DNA from: Bacteriovoracia bacterium
GTDB taxonomy: Bacteria; Bdellovibrionota; UBA1018; CAIPTA01
Direction: 5' to 3'
Length of the DNA: 64,000 nt
Assembly: GCA_050246755.1 (NCBI GenBank)
Contig: JBFWVL010000001.1
Location: 992,001-1,056,000 of the forward strand
Both the position numbers and the translations under genes were made by a program. This document shows, piece by piece, positions 47,964-56,991 of this stretch. The notes beneath the pieces were generated by a model. The model was not told the origin of the DNA. It worked only from the letters and a program-made list of their open reading frames with translations, and ran no database searches. Every line of letters starts with the position of its first letter. Positions within the stretch are counted from its first letter, which is position 1.

Positions 47964-48677
47964 ATGAAAATCTCTACCCAGTTGCCACTCTTTTTAGCCC
48001 TTCTTTTTTCCATCCCTGTAAGCGCCTCGGCCGCATCGCTCGCCGACGTGCAAAAACAAATCGATGACCTTCGCCAACGTGCGGAGTCCGACATGGCTTT
48101 CGTGGCAAAAAATGGACGAAACTGTACCAACCACTTTGGCACCCTGGGCGATGCTTTGAATAAGACCGCCGCCCGCGTCGGTGCCGCGAGAGCGGCCCTG
48201 AATGAAGCTTTCAGCAAAGTTTCCGCTAAGAGTGAGGATGGAAGCTGCAAAGCCCCAGACCTAAAAGAAGTGAAATTTATGCTCAAGGGCATCCAAGCCG
48301 CCCGCGATCACATTGATTTCATCGTCGATACTTTCGATAAGTCGCCGAGCTTTCTCACCCAAAAAACCAGCCATCAAATCATGCTGGAAGCCATGGCCGC
48401 GGCCGAAGGCTACCCCAACTGCATCCCCACTAAGCGCAATGATCCGAACTCCACTCCTGAGTCTCTGCGCTACCAGTCCTTCCACGATGGCATCGTGAAG
48501 CTCGGTAAACTATTGAAGCAGTTGGATGAAGACGGGGGCCTCAAAGCCGCCGCAAAAAACTCCTGTCATCAAGCAAATAGCGGCCGCCTTCAGTTTGCAG
48601 CCTACCAATCCTCTGGTGGCGGCGCCGTTGATCGCGCCATCGAAGATGCCGCCGGCGGATCTACCGCGGCCTACTAA
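47964..48677 (+). CDS. secreted hypothetical protein (helical, 4 Cys)
   Basis: Sec signal MKISTQLPLFLALLFSIPVSASA; AGGAG SD; host-like codon use. Confidence 0.75.
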   Translation: MKISTQLPLFLALLFSIPVSASAASLADVQKQIDDLRQRAESDMAFVAKNGRNCTNHFGTLGDALNKTAARVGAARAALNEAFSKVSAKSEDGSCKAPDLKEVKFMLKGIQAARDHIDFIVDTFDKSPSFLTQKTSHQIMLEAMAAAEGYPNCIPTKRNDPNSTPESLRYQSFHDGIVKLGKLLKQLDEDGGLKAAAKNSCHQANSGRLQFAAYQSSGGGAVDRAIEDAAGGSTAAY

Positions 48678-48688
48678 GCTAAGCGCAT

Positions 48689-48736
48689 AAAAAGCAAAAT
48701 CCCGCGTAGCCCAAGGCAACGCGGGATTTTGCTTTT
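48689..48736. terminator. bidirectional intrinsic terminator
   Basis: AAAAGCAAAATCCCGCGT...ACGCGGGATTTTGCTTTT between convergent genes. Confidence 0.85.
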
Positions 48737-48746
48737 TCCAGAGCAA

Positions 48747-49175
48747 CTAGAAGCGAATATTTGCAATGGAAGACCAAACAGCCGGCGCTCGCTGCGCCAT
48801 CCCGCTCCGGCCCTGAAGACTCGTAGAATGCTCGGGTTGAAGAAGCTTGGCTCGATTAGCGAGATCTATCTCTTTCCGTACACGCGCGTTCGCCTCTTCT
48901 TCGTCTTCCGCCCGGCCATCCTGCACGCCGGAATAAGCAGAAATAAGAACACCCACCACAGCGCCGACCGCGGCTCCGTAAAAGATATTCTTCGTATTTT
49001 TTCCAGAATCTTCATAAAAGGGCAGAGTAGAGGCGCCGAGGATAGCGCCCGCCACCGTGGTAACAGTTACGGTGGTGGCGGCTTCGCCCATCGTCACAGC
49101 CTTCGCTCCCGGGGAAAGAACTAAGGCAAGGATCAAATAAATCAGTACCGACGTGGAGGAGCGGTGCAAAATCAC
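48747..49175 (-). CDS. exported hypothetical protein with glycine-zipper-like helices
   Basis: Signal peptide; AGAILGASTLPF and YGAAVGAVVGV GxxxG helices. Confidence 0.7.
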   Translation of the reverse strand: MILHRSSTSVLIYLILALVLSPGAKAVTMGEAATTVTVTTVAGAILGASTLPFYEDSGKNTKNIFYGAAVGAVVGVLISAYSGVQDGRAEDEEEANARVRKEIDLANRAKLLQPEHSTSLQGRSGMAQRAPAVWSSIANIRF

Positions 49176-49774
49176 GGTACGTAATCTCTCAACAGACTAA
49201 GCAAATTCCCGCAGGGTTTTCCTACGATCGTTTTGCGCTCTGTTACGTATGACTTCGATTTTTTGTTCCAATAGGAAATCTCAGAGTCGCAGGATTCACT
49301 CGCCACCTTGCGGCCATCACTCTCGGTTTTTACCACCGAGAAAGTGACGGGATTTTCCGCTTGGCCTTCGGCGGCGAACGCAAAGCGTTCGCCGTCGTTG
49401 ATCCTAGTTTGTATCATTTTGTAGTTCGTGCCCTGCACGTCTACGTAAAAGTGATTGGTGTTGGCAAGAAAGCTAAATGCCCAGTCTTTCTGCTTCACCA
49501 AAACCTGGTGCTTATTTTCACTGGCCACCGCGCGGTTACTATTGTCGGCGGCGATGCGGCCGAAGTTATCGCCAACTTCGTCTAGCCAGGTGAAATCTCC
49601 GTGCATTGCTGCCGGTTCTCGCCCGTCGTATTTTTTCCGGTTTTCGCTGGCATCAGAATCGTCTTTGACGGAACTGATTTCGCGGTTTCCTGTGGACGCA
49701 CATGCGGCTAAGCCGAGTGCCAAGATGATGAGTGCCCCTGATCTGATCGTATTAACGTACTTCCTGTACTTCAT
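49172..49774 (-). CDS. hypothetical lipoprotein
   Basis: Lipobox LAAC; AGGAGG SD; upstream promoter. Confidence 0.75.
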   Translation of the reverse strand: MKYRKYVNTIRSGALIILALGLAACASTGNREISSVKDDSDASENRKKYDGREPAAMHGDFTWLDEVGDNFGRIAADNSNRAVASENKHQVLVKQKDWAFSFLANTNHFYVDVQGTNYKMIQTRINDGERFAFAAEGQAENPVTFSVVKTESDGRKVASESCDSEISYWNKKSKSYVTERKTIVGKPCGNLLSLLRDYVP

Positions 49775-49795
49775 AAACCGATCCTCCTACCGAAA

Positions 49796-49823
49796 AGTAT
49801 AGCATTTCGCACGCTCGGCTCAA
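49796..49823 (-). promoter_or_regulatory. sigma70-type promoter for the lipoprotein operon
   Basis: TTGAGC-16nt-TATACT with TG extension. Confidence 0.5.
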
Positions 49824-49901
49824 GGGTTATGTCATAGAGGGTAAAGCACTGTAAGTTTTCGCTTTTTTCTGCTATTTCCCAAAAGGAAAGACAGGTGCCT
49901 T

Positions 49902-50534
49902 TTGACCCCTACCCTTTTTCTAGCTTCTCAGTCACCGCGCCGCCGCGACCTGCTTGAGCAGGCGGCCATCCGCTTTCAAGTTTATCTACCCAAGGAAGAG
50001 GAGCTCATGGCGCCAAAAACCTCGAAAGAGCCTCCGTCACACCTGGTGAAGCGTATCGCAGAAGCCAAAGCGCTAGCGGCAGCTAGGGAGTTAACCGCAA
50101 GCGGTGAAAATAATGCGTTAATACTAGCGGCTGACACGCTAGTTTTTATTGGTAACCGTGTATTAGCTAAACCAACTTCTCAACTAGAGGCCGTAAGAAT
50201 GCTCAAAACTCTTTCGGGAAAATGGCATACCGTGTGTACCGGCGTAACGGTGGCTCAGCTTAAAAATGGCAAGCACACGGTAAAGTCATTTTCGTTGTCT
50301 ACGAAAGTAAAATTCTTCCGTCTTCAGCCAGAACAAATTCGCTGGTACGTGGCTACCGGAGAGCCCATGGATAAGGCCGGAAGTTATGGAGCTCAGGGAT
50401 ATGGCGCGGCCCTCGTAGAAAAGTTCTCTGGCTCTTATACGAATGTAGTTGGTTTGCCGCTCGGACATACTCTACGTTTTCTAGAAAAGGTTTCCGGCCT
50501 CAAACGGAGCGCTTTTCAGAGGGAAAAAAAGTGA
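49902..50534 (+). CDS. maf: Maf family nucleoside triphosphate pyrophosphatase (YhdE-like)
   Basis: LASQSPRR, AADT, DKAGSYG, NVVGLP. Confidence 0.93.
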   Translation: MTPTLFLASQSPRRRDLLEQAAIRFQVYLPKEEELMAPKTSKEPPSHLVKRIAEAKALAAARELTASGENNALILAADTLVFIGNRVLAKPTSQLEAVRMLKTLSGKWHTVCTGVTVAQLKNGKHTVKSFSLSTKVKFFRLQPEQIRWYVATGEPMDKAGSYGAQGYGAALVEKFSGSYTNVVGLPLGHTLRFLEKVSGLKRSAFQREKK

Positions 50535-51238
50535 AACGAGAGCTGCTGGAAAACGTAAAAAGCGACATCAGGGATGCCTGCCAACGCGCGGGACGAAAAC
50601 CCGAAGAGGTAACTCTTATTGCCGTAAGCAAGACCAAACCCTGGGAAGACGTTGCGGAATTCCTTACGCTCGGACAAAAAGATTTTGGGGAAAACTACGT
50701 TCAAGAGGCACTGGAAAAGATTGCGGCAATAAAATCTGATACTAAAATTTCCACTGTTCCCAACTGGCACTTCATCGGAAACCTACAGTCGAATAAAGCC
50801 AAATTCTTGCCGGGTAACTTCGGGCTCTTTCATGCGCTCGATTCTGTCTCGTTGGCGCAGAAATTAAGTAAGGCGGCGGCAGAGAGGAAGGTCGTGATGA
50901 ATTGTCTCGTAGAAGTAAATGTAGACAACGAAGCGAGCAAGGCCGGGATCTCTTCTGGCCATCTACCTGCATTTCTTAAAGACATACTCGAACTCCAAAA
51001 TATTCGTATCTTGGGATTGATGTGCTTACCTTCGGCCGCCAATGCCAGCCGTGCTCCTTTTGCGAAACTGAGAGATCTTTTAGAAAAAACTAACGCCAGC
51101 AATATCTATCCTCATCCTCTTCGCGAACTATCCATGGGCATGAGCGGCGATTTCAAGGAAGCCATCATGGAGGGGGCCACTTTTGTGCGCGTTGGTACCC
51201 GGCTCTTCGGTGAGCGAACGCGAGGAAAGGTTTCGTGA
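50531..51238 (+). CDS. yggS: PLP homeostasis protein YggS
   Basis: LIAVSK, FGENYVQE, WHFIGNLQSNK, LSMGMSGD, VRVGT. Confidence 0.96.
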   Translation: MKRELLENVKSDIRDACQRAGRKPEEVTLIAVSKTKPWEDVAEFLTLGQKDFGENYVQEALEKIAAIKSDTKISTVPNWHFIGNLQSNKAKFLPGNFGLFHALDSVSLAQKLSKAAAERKVVMNCLVEVNVDNEASKAGISSGHLPAFLKDILELQNIRILGLMCLPSAANASRAPFAKLRDLLEKTNASNIYPHPLRELSMGMSGDFKEAIMEGATFVRVGTRLFGERTRGKVS

Positions 51239-51903
51239 AATTTGATCTAGTTTACGAAACCGAGAAGTTTGTGGCGGTGAACAAGCCGGCGGGAGTTCTT
51301 TCGCAGAAAGATAAGTCCGGGGAAGACGACCTCGCCGCCCTCCTTTCAAACGAGTGGAAGCGCGAGGGCAGAAGAGTGGACTTCCTCGCTCCTGTGCATC
51401 GCTTGGATCGCAATGTGTCCGGACTCATCTTGCTTGCGAAAAGCTCCGCCGGCGCAAAAGAGCTGTCCACCTGGCTGGTAGAAGGAAAAGTTAACCGCAC
51501 CTACTTAGCAATCGCCAAAGGAGATCCCGGGGAAAGCGGAACGTTTGAGTTTCGGTTAAAAAAGGACTCCGCCACCAATCAAGTACGGGTCGCGAATGAT
51601 GGTGAAGAAGCCGTTACTCAATTCACGCGCCTCCAAAAGCTCGGAAACTCCAGTCTGATGAAGGTGCGCCTGCTCACAGGTAGATCACATCAAATTCGCG
51701 TGCATTTTTCGCACGCTGGGCATGCTCTAATCGGCGACAAAAAATACGCTAAGAAGCCTTGGTCCGAAATCTTCCACCGGCCGGCCCTTCATGCCACCGA
51801 GCTCGAAATGCCGGGAGAAAATGGAAAAGTTTTACAGCTGCGCGCGGCCACACCGAAAGATTTTTCCGATCTATTGGCTAAGCTAGGTGGAAAACCGCTT
51901 TAA
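51235..51903 (+). CDS. RluA family pseudouridine synthase
   Basis: NKPAG, HRLDRNVSG, TGRSHQIRVH, LHA. Confidence 0.93.
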   Translation: MKFDLVYETEKFVAVNKPAGVLSQKDKSGEDDLAALLSNEWKREGRRVDFLAPVHRLDRNVSGLILLAKSSAGAKELSTWLVEGKVNRTYLAIAKGDPGESGTFEFRLKKDSATNQVRVANDGEEAVTQFTRLQKLGNSSLMKVRLLTGRSHQIRVHFSHAGHALIGDKKYAKKPWSEIFHRPALHATELEMPGENGKVLQLRAATPKDFSDLLAKLGGKPL

Positions 51904-52673
51904 TTACGACGATTGGTTGGCGAACCGTCTTTGAGTTCATTTAGCAGGGCGCGCATGTCCTCCGTCATGGGACATTCGATTTCAACGGCTTTCTCCGTGA
52001 AGGGATGAACGAAGGAAAGCGCGCGGGCGTGGAGCGGCAAGCGCCGAGGCTCCAAGCTTGGAAAAACTTTGCTCTTCCAATGCGAATCCCAGTACGCCTC
52101 GTCCCACAGGATGGGAATATCCAGAATCTTTAGGTGCACGCGAATCTGGTGCAAGCGGCCGGTATGCGGATGAGCCTCAATCCAGGCAATATCCCCGAAT
52201 TTTTCTCGGACCATGAATTCAGTTTCGGCGGGCTTCCCTTTTCGGACATCCACGATGGCACGGCCGCGGCCCTTTTTTCCCTCGGCGCGCAAAAGCGGAA
52301 CCTCGCAAACGCAAGAGTCCCACTCGGGCACACCGGCCGTAAAAGCCCAGTAAACTTTCTTCATCTTGCGTTGCTCGAACATCATGGAAAGGCGGCGATG
52401 CGCCTCTTGGTGCTTGGCAAAAAGTACGATCCCGCTGGTATCGCGATCGAGGCGGTGCACGGGGTAGAGATCGCGGCCCGATTCGTCCGGCTTATGGCCT
52501 TGAGTGCGTAAGTAAGCGCCAATTTCGTGCAGAAGCACCCGGGTTTCTTTTCCCCAGCGATCAGCTACGACCAGCTCTCCGGGAGCCTTGCGCACGGCCA
52601 GGAAATGCTCATCTTCAATTAAGATTTTTTCGTTCGCCGACGGGTCCGTCATCTTCCTCAAAATCTTGCTCAT
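51900..52673 (-). CDS. RluA family pseudouridine synthase (start may be ATG 52652)
   Basis: HRLDRDTSG, TGRLHQIRVH, LHA. Confidence 0.93.
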   Translation of the reverse strand: MSKILRKMTDPSANEKILIEDEHFLAVRKAPGELVVADRWGKETRVLLHEIGAYLRTQGHKPDESGRDLYPVHRLDRDTSGIVLFAKHQEAHRRLSMMFEQRKMKKVYWAFTAGVPEWDSCVCEVPLLRAEGKKGRGRAIVDVRKGKPAETEFMVREKFGDIAWIEAHPHTGRLHQIRVHLKILDIPILWDEAYWDSHWKSKVFPSLEPRRLPLHARALSFVHPFTEKAVEIECPMTEDMRALLNELKDGSPTNRRN

Positions 52674-53154
52674 AATCGCTGCCGAGCCTTGCGCGCTCGG
52701 TGCGATAAATCATGGAGTAGCCATCTTCCCCATCGGGGTAAAACTTAGGCATCGTATGCAATACAATAAACCCCAGGCTTTGGTACAGCTGCACGGCCGG
52801 TTGGTTGCCTTTCCTCACCTCTAGCACGATGCTCTCGGCCTTCTCCCTCATAACAAATGCAATCACCTGCCGCAAAAGATACTTGCCTAGCCCCTGCCGC
52901 TTGAGCTCGGGATGAACCGCGAAGGTTTGGATATGGGCTTGCTCGGCCGGAAGAGAAAAAACGATATAAGCGAGAATTTTGGCGTCCGTTTCGTTGTCGG
53001 TAACGACCCAAAATCGAGTGGTCCGCTTGTTGAATTCGGCGCGAAACGACTCTAGGCTCCAAGGAGGCCGCATGCACTGGGCTTCAATGGCTACGATTTG
53101 AGGCAGATCTTCTTCCACAGCCGGGCGGGGAGAATAGTCGAGGTAGCTCACCAT
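52615..53154 (-). CDS. rimI: ribosomal protein N-acetyltransferase RimI (GNAT)
   Basis: PWS...F, AVHP..KRQGLG, LEVRKGN..A..LY..LGF, FYPDGEDG. Confidence 0.85.
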   Translation of the reverse strand: MVSYLDYSPRPAVEEDLPQIVAIEAQCMRPPWSLESFRAEFNKRTTRFWVVTDNETDAKILAYIVFSLPAEQAHIQTFAVHPELKRQGLGKYLLRQVIAFVMREKAESIVLEVRKGNQPAVQLYQSLGFIVLHTMPKFYPDGEDGYSMIYRTERARLGSDYEQDFEEDDGPVGERKNLN

Positions 53155-53155
53155 T

Positions 53156-53701
53156 TCACTCTAGTAGGATCTTTACGGGATAGCGCGATTTTGCTTCACG
53201 GCGCCAAACATCGGCGTCCGTTACGATCTCGGTTTTACGGAACCGCTCAATCAAAATCTGTTTTTCAAGCTCGCGAACCAGCAAACTCTCTCCTTCGCGC
53301 AGGCGGTTTTCGGTGCGCCAAAAGTTGGAATATTTTTTCCCAAGAGCTTGCCATTGCGAGTGACATTCACTTTTGTCGTGAATAGCGCGAACGGCCTGAG
53401 GAATCATTCCGGCCGTGGTAAACTTGCGCCCTTTGGCTTCGAGGTAGATGAGCTCTTCATCTACATAGGCACTTAGCAATTCTTTTTGATCTTTCGGAAG
53501 GGGTTTTTCCCGCTGGAGTACACCAGCACAGATAAGCACGGCATTCACCTGCGAGAATCGAGTTAGGTCGGAAACCAGCACCGCCTCATGGCCAACCTGG
53601 GCCACGAGTGAGTCTACGGCAACAGCGAGCGACGCAGGTTCACGGCCGCGAGCGGCGGCCGTGAGCGAAAAAAGCGCCAGAAGAGTTAAGAAAAGCTTCA
53701 T
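53156..53701 (-). CDS. exported protein, SurA N-terminal-like
   Basis: Signal peptide, then VDSLVAQVGHEAVLVSDL resembling the SurA-N 'VD.IVA.VN...I..SD' motif. Confidence 0.5.
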   Translation of the reverse strand: MKLFLTLLALFSLTAAARGREPASLAVAVDSLVAQVGHEAVLVSDLTRFSQVNAVLICAGVLQREKPLPKDQKELLSAYVDEELIYLEAKGRKFTTAGMIPQAVRAIHDKSECHSQWQALGKKYSNFWRTENRLREGESLLVRELEKQILIERFRKTEIVTDADVWRREAKSRYPVKILLE

Positions 53702-53710
53702 CTACTTTTA

Positions 53711-54079
53711 TTATAGGATTCTCCGTAGAGGGATCGAAACCTTTTTTTCTTCTCCCACTCTTACCGTACCGATCACCAGCGTCCGCCCGGTTCCGTCAAA
53801 ACCCGTAAAAGTGAGTTCATCACCGACCTTTAGATCACAAGATAGGGTCTGTCCCTGATTCCAGGCGGTTTCTTGTAAAATCTTTCCTTCCCGGGCGACG
53901 CTAATTCTCTTCGTCTCTACTCCGTACCAAAACAGTTCGGACTCGCCGGCGGGAAGCTCTAAATTCACCCCTAACGCGTCCGACGCAGCGTGTTCTCCAC
54001 GACCACAGCCAGAAATCGCGGCCCCCAGTAGCAAAATGCAAAACCAGTGGTATAGTTTTTTTCGCCTATTTCTTTTCAT
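53711..54079 (-). CDS. hypothetical lipoprotein
   Basis: Basic N-terminus, lipobox ISGC. Confidence 0.6.
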   Translation of the reverse strand: MKRNRRKKLYHWFCILLLGAAISGCGRGEHAASDALGVNLELPAGESELFWYGVETKRISVAREGKILQETAWNQGQTLSCDLKVGDELTFTGFDGTGRTLVIGTVRVGEEKKVSIPLRRIL

Positions 54080-54192
54080 TCATTCCTCTTTTCTTTATCC
54101 GGTTTCAGGAGAGCTCTCTTGAGCAAAATCGGGACCATCGCGGTTCGGATTTTTTTGCTATGCTCTTAGGTACTCAGACAACCGAGGTCTCT

Positions 54193-55176
54193 ATGCAAGA
54201 AGCTGAATTCCAAGAAGCGGTTAAACAAAAAAGCAGTACCATCGCCGAAATCCTTAAAGAGTGCGAAAAGGTGGTGGTGGGCCAGCGGCCGATGATGGAA
54301 AAAATCATCATGGCCTTCCTTTGCGACGGGCATATTTTGCTCGAAGGCTTGCCTGGACTCGCCAAAACCTTAGCCGTGAAAACTTTTTCTCACGTAATGG
54401 ACCTGAATTTTAATCGAATACAGTTTACGCCCGATCTTTTACCCTCCGATCTGGTAGGAAGCATGGTTTACAACCAAAAGACCGGAGAGTTCGCGGCAAA
54501 ACAAGGGCCTATCTTTTCGAATATTGTGCTGGCCGATGAGATTAACCGGGCGCCCGCCAAGGTGCAGTCGGCCTTGCTGGAATCGATGGCCGAGCACCAA
54601 GTTACCCTCGGAGATCAAACCCACCAGCTTCCCGATCCCTTCATCGTGCTGGCCACCATGAATCCAATTGAGCAGGAAGGAACCTATCAATTACCGGAAG
54701 CGCAGCTGGACCGCTTTCTCTTTAAAGTAAAAGTTCCCTACCCATCGCAGCAGGAAGAAAAACTCATTCTTGACCGCATGAGTAATATGGAACCGCCAAA
54801 AATCTCGAAGAAAGTTTTACCGCGGGCTTTGCAGGAAGCAAAATCCCTCTGCACCAGGGTTTACCTCGACGAAAAATTAAAGGACTATATTCTTAATATC
54901 GTTTTCACCTCGCGCTTTCCCGAGAAAAAGGGCCTTACCGACTTGAAATCTTTTATTCAAGTGGGAGCCTCCCCGCGCGCTACCATCGGCCTCGCCAAAG
55001 CGGCCAGGGCGGCGGCACTAATGGCGGGCAGAACCTTTGTGAGCCCCGACGATATTAAGGCCGTCTGCTACGATATCCTTCGCCATCGCCTAGTTCTTAC
55101 CTACGAAGCGGAAGCGAACGACATCACGCCCGAGTCCGTAATTAGAAAGGTGCTCGATGTGGTGGAAGTTCCGTAA
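54193..55176 (+). CDS. moxR: MoxR family AAA+ ATPase
   Basis: GLPGLAKT, RIQFTPDLLPSD, LADEINRAPAKVQSALLE, GASPR; start moved to ATG 54193 (GAGG SD, TGcTATGCT -10 upstream). Confidence 0.95.
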   Translation: MQEAEFQEAVKQKSSTIAEILKECEKVVVGQRPMMEKIIMAFLCDGHILLEGLPGLAKTLAVKTFSHVMDLNFNRIQFTPDLLPSDLVGSMVYNQKTGEFAAKQGPIFSNIVLADEINRAPAKVQSALLESMAEHQVTLGDQTHQLPDPFIVLATMNPIEQEGTYQLPEAQLDRFLFKVKVPYPSQQEEKLILDRMSNMEPPKISKKVLPRALQEAKSLCTRVYLDEKLKDYILNIVFTSRFPEKKGLTDLKSFIQVGASPRATIGLAKAARAAALMAGRTFVSPDDIKAVCYDILRHRLVLTYEAEANDITPESVIRKVLDVVEVP

Positions 55177-56119
55177 ACGGACTGACGAACAGTCAGAAGC
55201 ATCTGCCATAGACGATACGGAGATCCGCGCGGCCGGCCGCGCGCCCCTGAGTACCGTGGCCAAACAAGTGAAGCACGTCGAGCTGGTGACCAAGAAGAAG
55301 AGCTCGGCCCTGCTCGCTGGCGATTATAAGTCCCGCTTTAAGGGGCAAGGAATGCAGTTTTCTGATTCTCGCCTCTATCAATATGGCGATGACATCCGGC
55401 ATATCGACTGGCGCACCAGCGCGCGCATGCAAGGTACCTACGTAAAGACCTTCGAAGAGGAGCGCGAGCTCAATATTATCTTCGCGGTAGACGTAAGTGC
55501 CTCGAATGGTTTCGGCAGTACCGGTACCAGCAAGCGGGAAGCGATCGCAATCGCCCTTGCTTGTGTAGGATTTTCGGCTATCGCCAACAACGACCGAGTG
55601 GGCCTAGTACTTTTCTCCGATCGCGTGGAGCGTTTCGTGCCTGCCCGAAAAGGCCGCAAACACATCCTGCGCTTGATCGACGAGCTCCTCACCTTCGAGC
55701 CCATTTCGCGTAAATCCCGGCTCGATGCCGCACTGAATTTTCTGATTTCCACGCTGAAGAACGGAAGCGTTCTCTTGCTCGCCAGCGATTTCTTCAGCGA
55801 GCTCGACAAGCGCAAGCTCGAGCTCCTTTCCCGCAAGCACGATTTCATTTGCCTGCGAGCTACCGATCCCAGAGATTTCGAGCTTCCGAACGTTGGCCTG
55901 CTACGAATCGAGGATCCCGAAACCGGCGAGTCGATGCTCTTGCCCACCCTTTCCGGCCGAGTCCGCAACGAATACTCGCAGTCGCAAAAGCGGTACTGCG
56001 AAGACGTGGCCCGAATGCTCCGCCGCACGGGCGCTTCCCTGCTCGATTTGCCTACCGATGCGGAGCCCGCAAAGCTTCTGCACCAATTCTTCCGCTCTCG
56101 TCGGGGGCCGCGTAAATGA
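55157..56119 (+). CDS. DUF58 / VWA-like MoxR partner (start uncertain)
   Basis: FKGQGMQF, YQYGDDIRHIDW, VKTFEEERE, DVSAS. Confidence 0.92.
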   Translation: MWWKFRKRTDEQSEASAIDDTEIRAAGRAPLSTVAKQVKHVELVTKKKSSALLAGDYKSRFKGQGMQFSDSRLYQYGDDIRHIDWRTSARMQGTYVKTFEEERELNIIFAVDVSASNGFGSTGTSKREAIAIALACVGFSAIANNDRVGLVLFSDRVERFVPARKGRKHILRLIDELLTFEPISRKSRLDAALNFLISTLKNGSVLLLASDFFSELDKRKLELLSRKHDFICLRATDPRDFELPNVGLLRIEDPETGESMLLPTLSGRVRNEYSQSQKRYCEDVARMLRRTGASLLDLPTDAEPAKLLHQFFRSRRGPRK

Positions 56120-56991
56120 ATGGCGTAGTGGTACTTTCCGCCGAATCCTCCCAGAAGCCCCTTGAGGTGGGAAATCTCGTTACGCTCGAAATTGCGGTGG
56201 ACGGAAAAGTAAACAGGGCCACCGAGGGATGGTCCATCGAACCCGCACCGGCGGGAGACTGGTTTCCTTCCGGCTCTTTTTTGCTTTCTGGAAATTCTCT
56301 CAAGGTGCTTTCCACCGATGGTGCCCTAACGAAAATTTCGATCGAGGCAATAGTGCGCTCGCCCGGGGAATTAAGAACCGCCCCCTTTAAGCTCAAACAT
56401 ACCGACGACCAGGTTACGGTGGAAGTAGCCGAATCTTTGGTGTCCAAGAATGGCGCCAAAGCAATCCAACTTTCGGAAACCGCACCGCCCTGGCTACTCC
56501 CCGCCGTCTCCTTGGGAGGGTGGAATATCTGGCTTATTTCCCTGCTGGGAGCGCTCACGCTGGTCGGCCTCGGCTTCCTCATCCGCTATATCTTGCAGCG
56601 TCTCGCCGAGCGGTCTATTGCGAAATGGAACCACCGCGACCGGGCACTGCGCGAGCTGCAAAATCTAGAGAAGTACGTGCGCGCCAAAAGCAATGAACAA
56701 GATCACTGGAAAAAGTTTTCCTTTGATCTGGCGGGTATTTTACGCAAGTATTCCGACGAAAACTTCCACATGGATTCTCGCGATATGACTGATCGTGAGT
56801 TTATCGCCGAGCTGCGCTTTCATCCCAAAGGGAAAGCGCAGACGGACCTCATTGCGCATATCCTTTCCACCATCACCGAAGTCCGTTACGGCACAAAGAC
56901 CCTAGAAAGCCAAATGATGCCGAGCTTGCTTCTCGAGGGGAAAAAATACGTGGAGGGAACTTATACCCCCAAAGAAGAGGCGAAAAAATGA
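56116..56991 (+). CDS. single-TM membrane protein of the MoxR/Bat cluster
   Basis: Central TM; ILRKY...MTDRE..VRY C-domain typical of this operon position. Confidence 0.7.
   Translation: MNGVVVLSAESSQKPLEVGNLVTLEIAVDGKVNRATEGWSIEPAPAGDWFPSGSFLLSGNSLKVLSTDGALTKISIEAIVRSPGELRTAPFKLKHTDDQVTVEVAESLVSKNGAKAIQLSETAPPWLLPAVSLGGWNIWLISLLGALTLVGLGFLIRYILQRLAERSIAKWNHRDRALRELQNLEKYVRAKSNEQDHWKKFSFDLAGILRKYSDENFHMDSRDMTDREFIAELRFHPKGKAQTDLIAHILSTITEVRYGTKTLESQMMPSLLLEGKKYVEGTYTPKEEAKK

Noticed and set aside
54095-54122. Possible sigma28 promoter (TCAAG...CCGGATAA) before the 53711-54079 lipoprotein
   Set aside because: The -10 deviates from GCCGATAA and the spacing is off; insufficient evidence.
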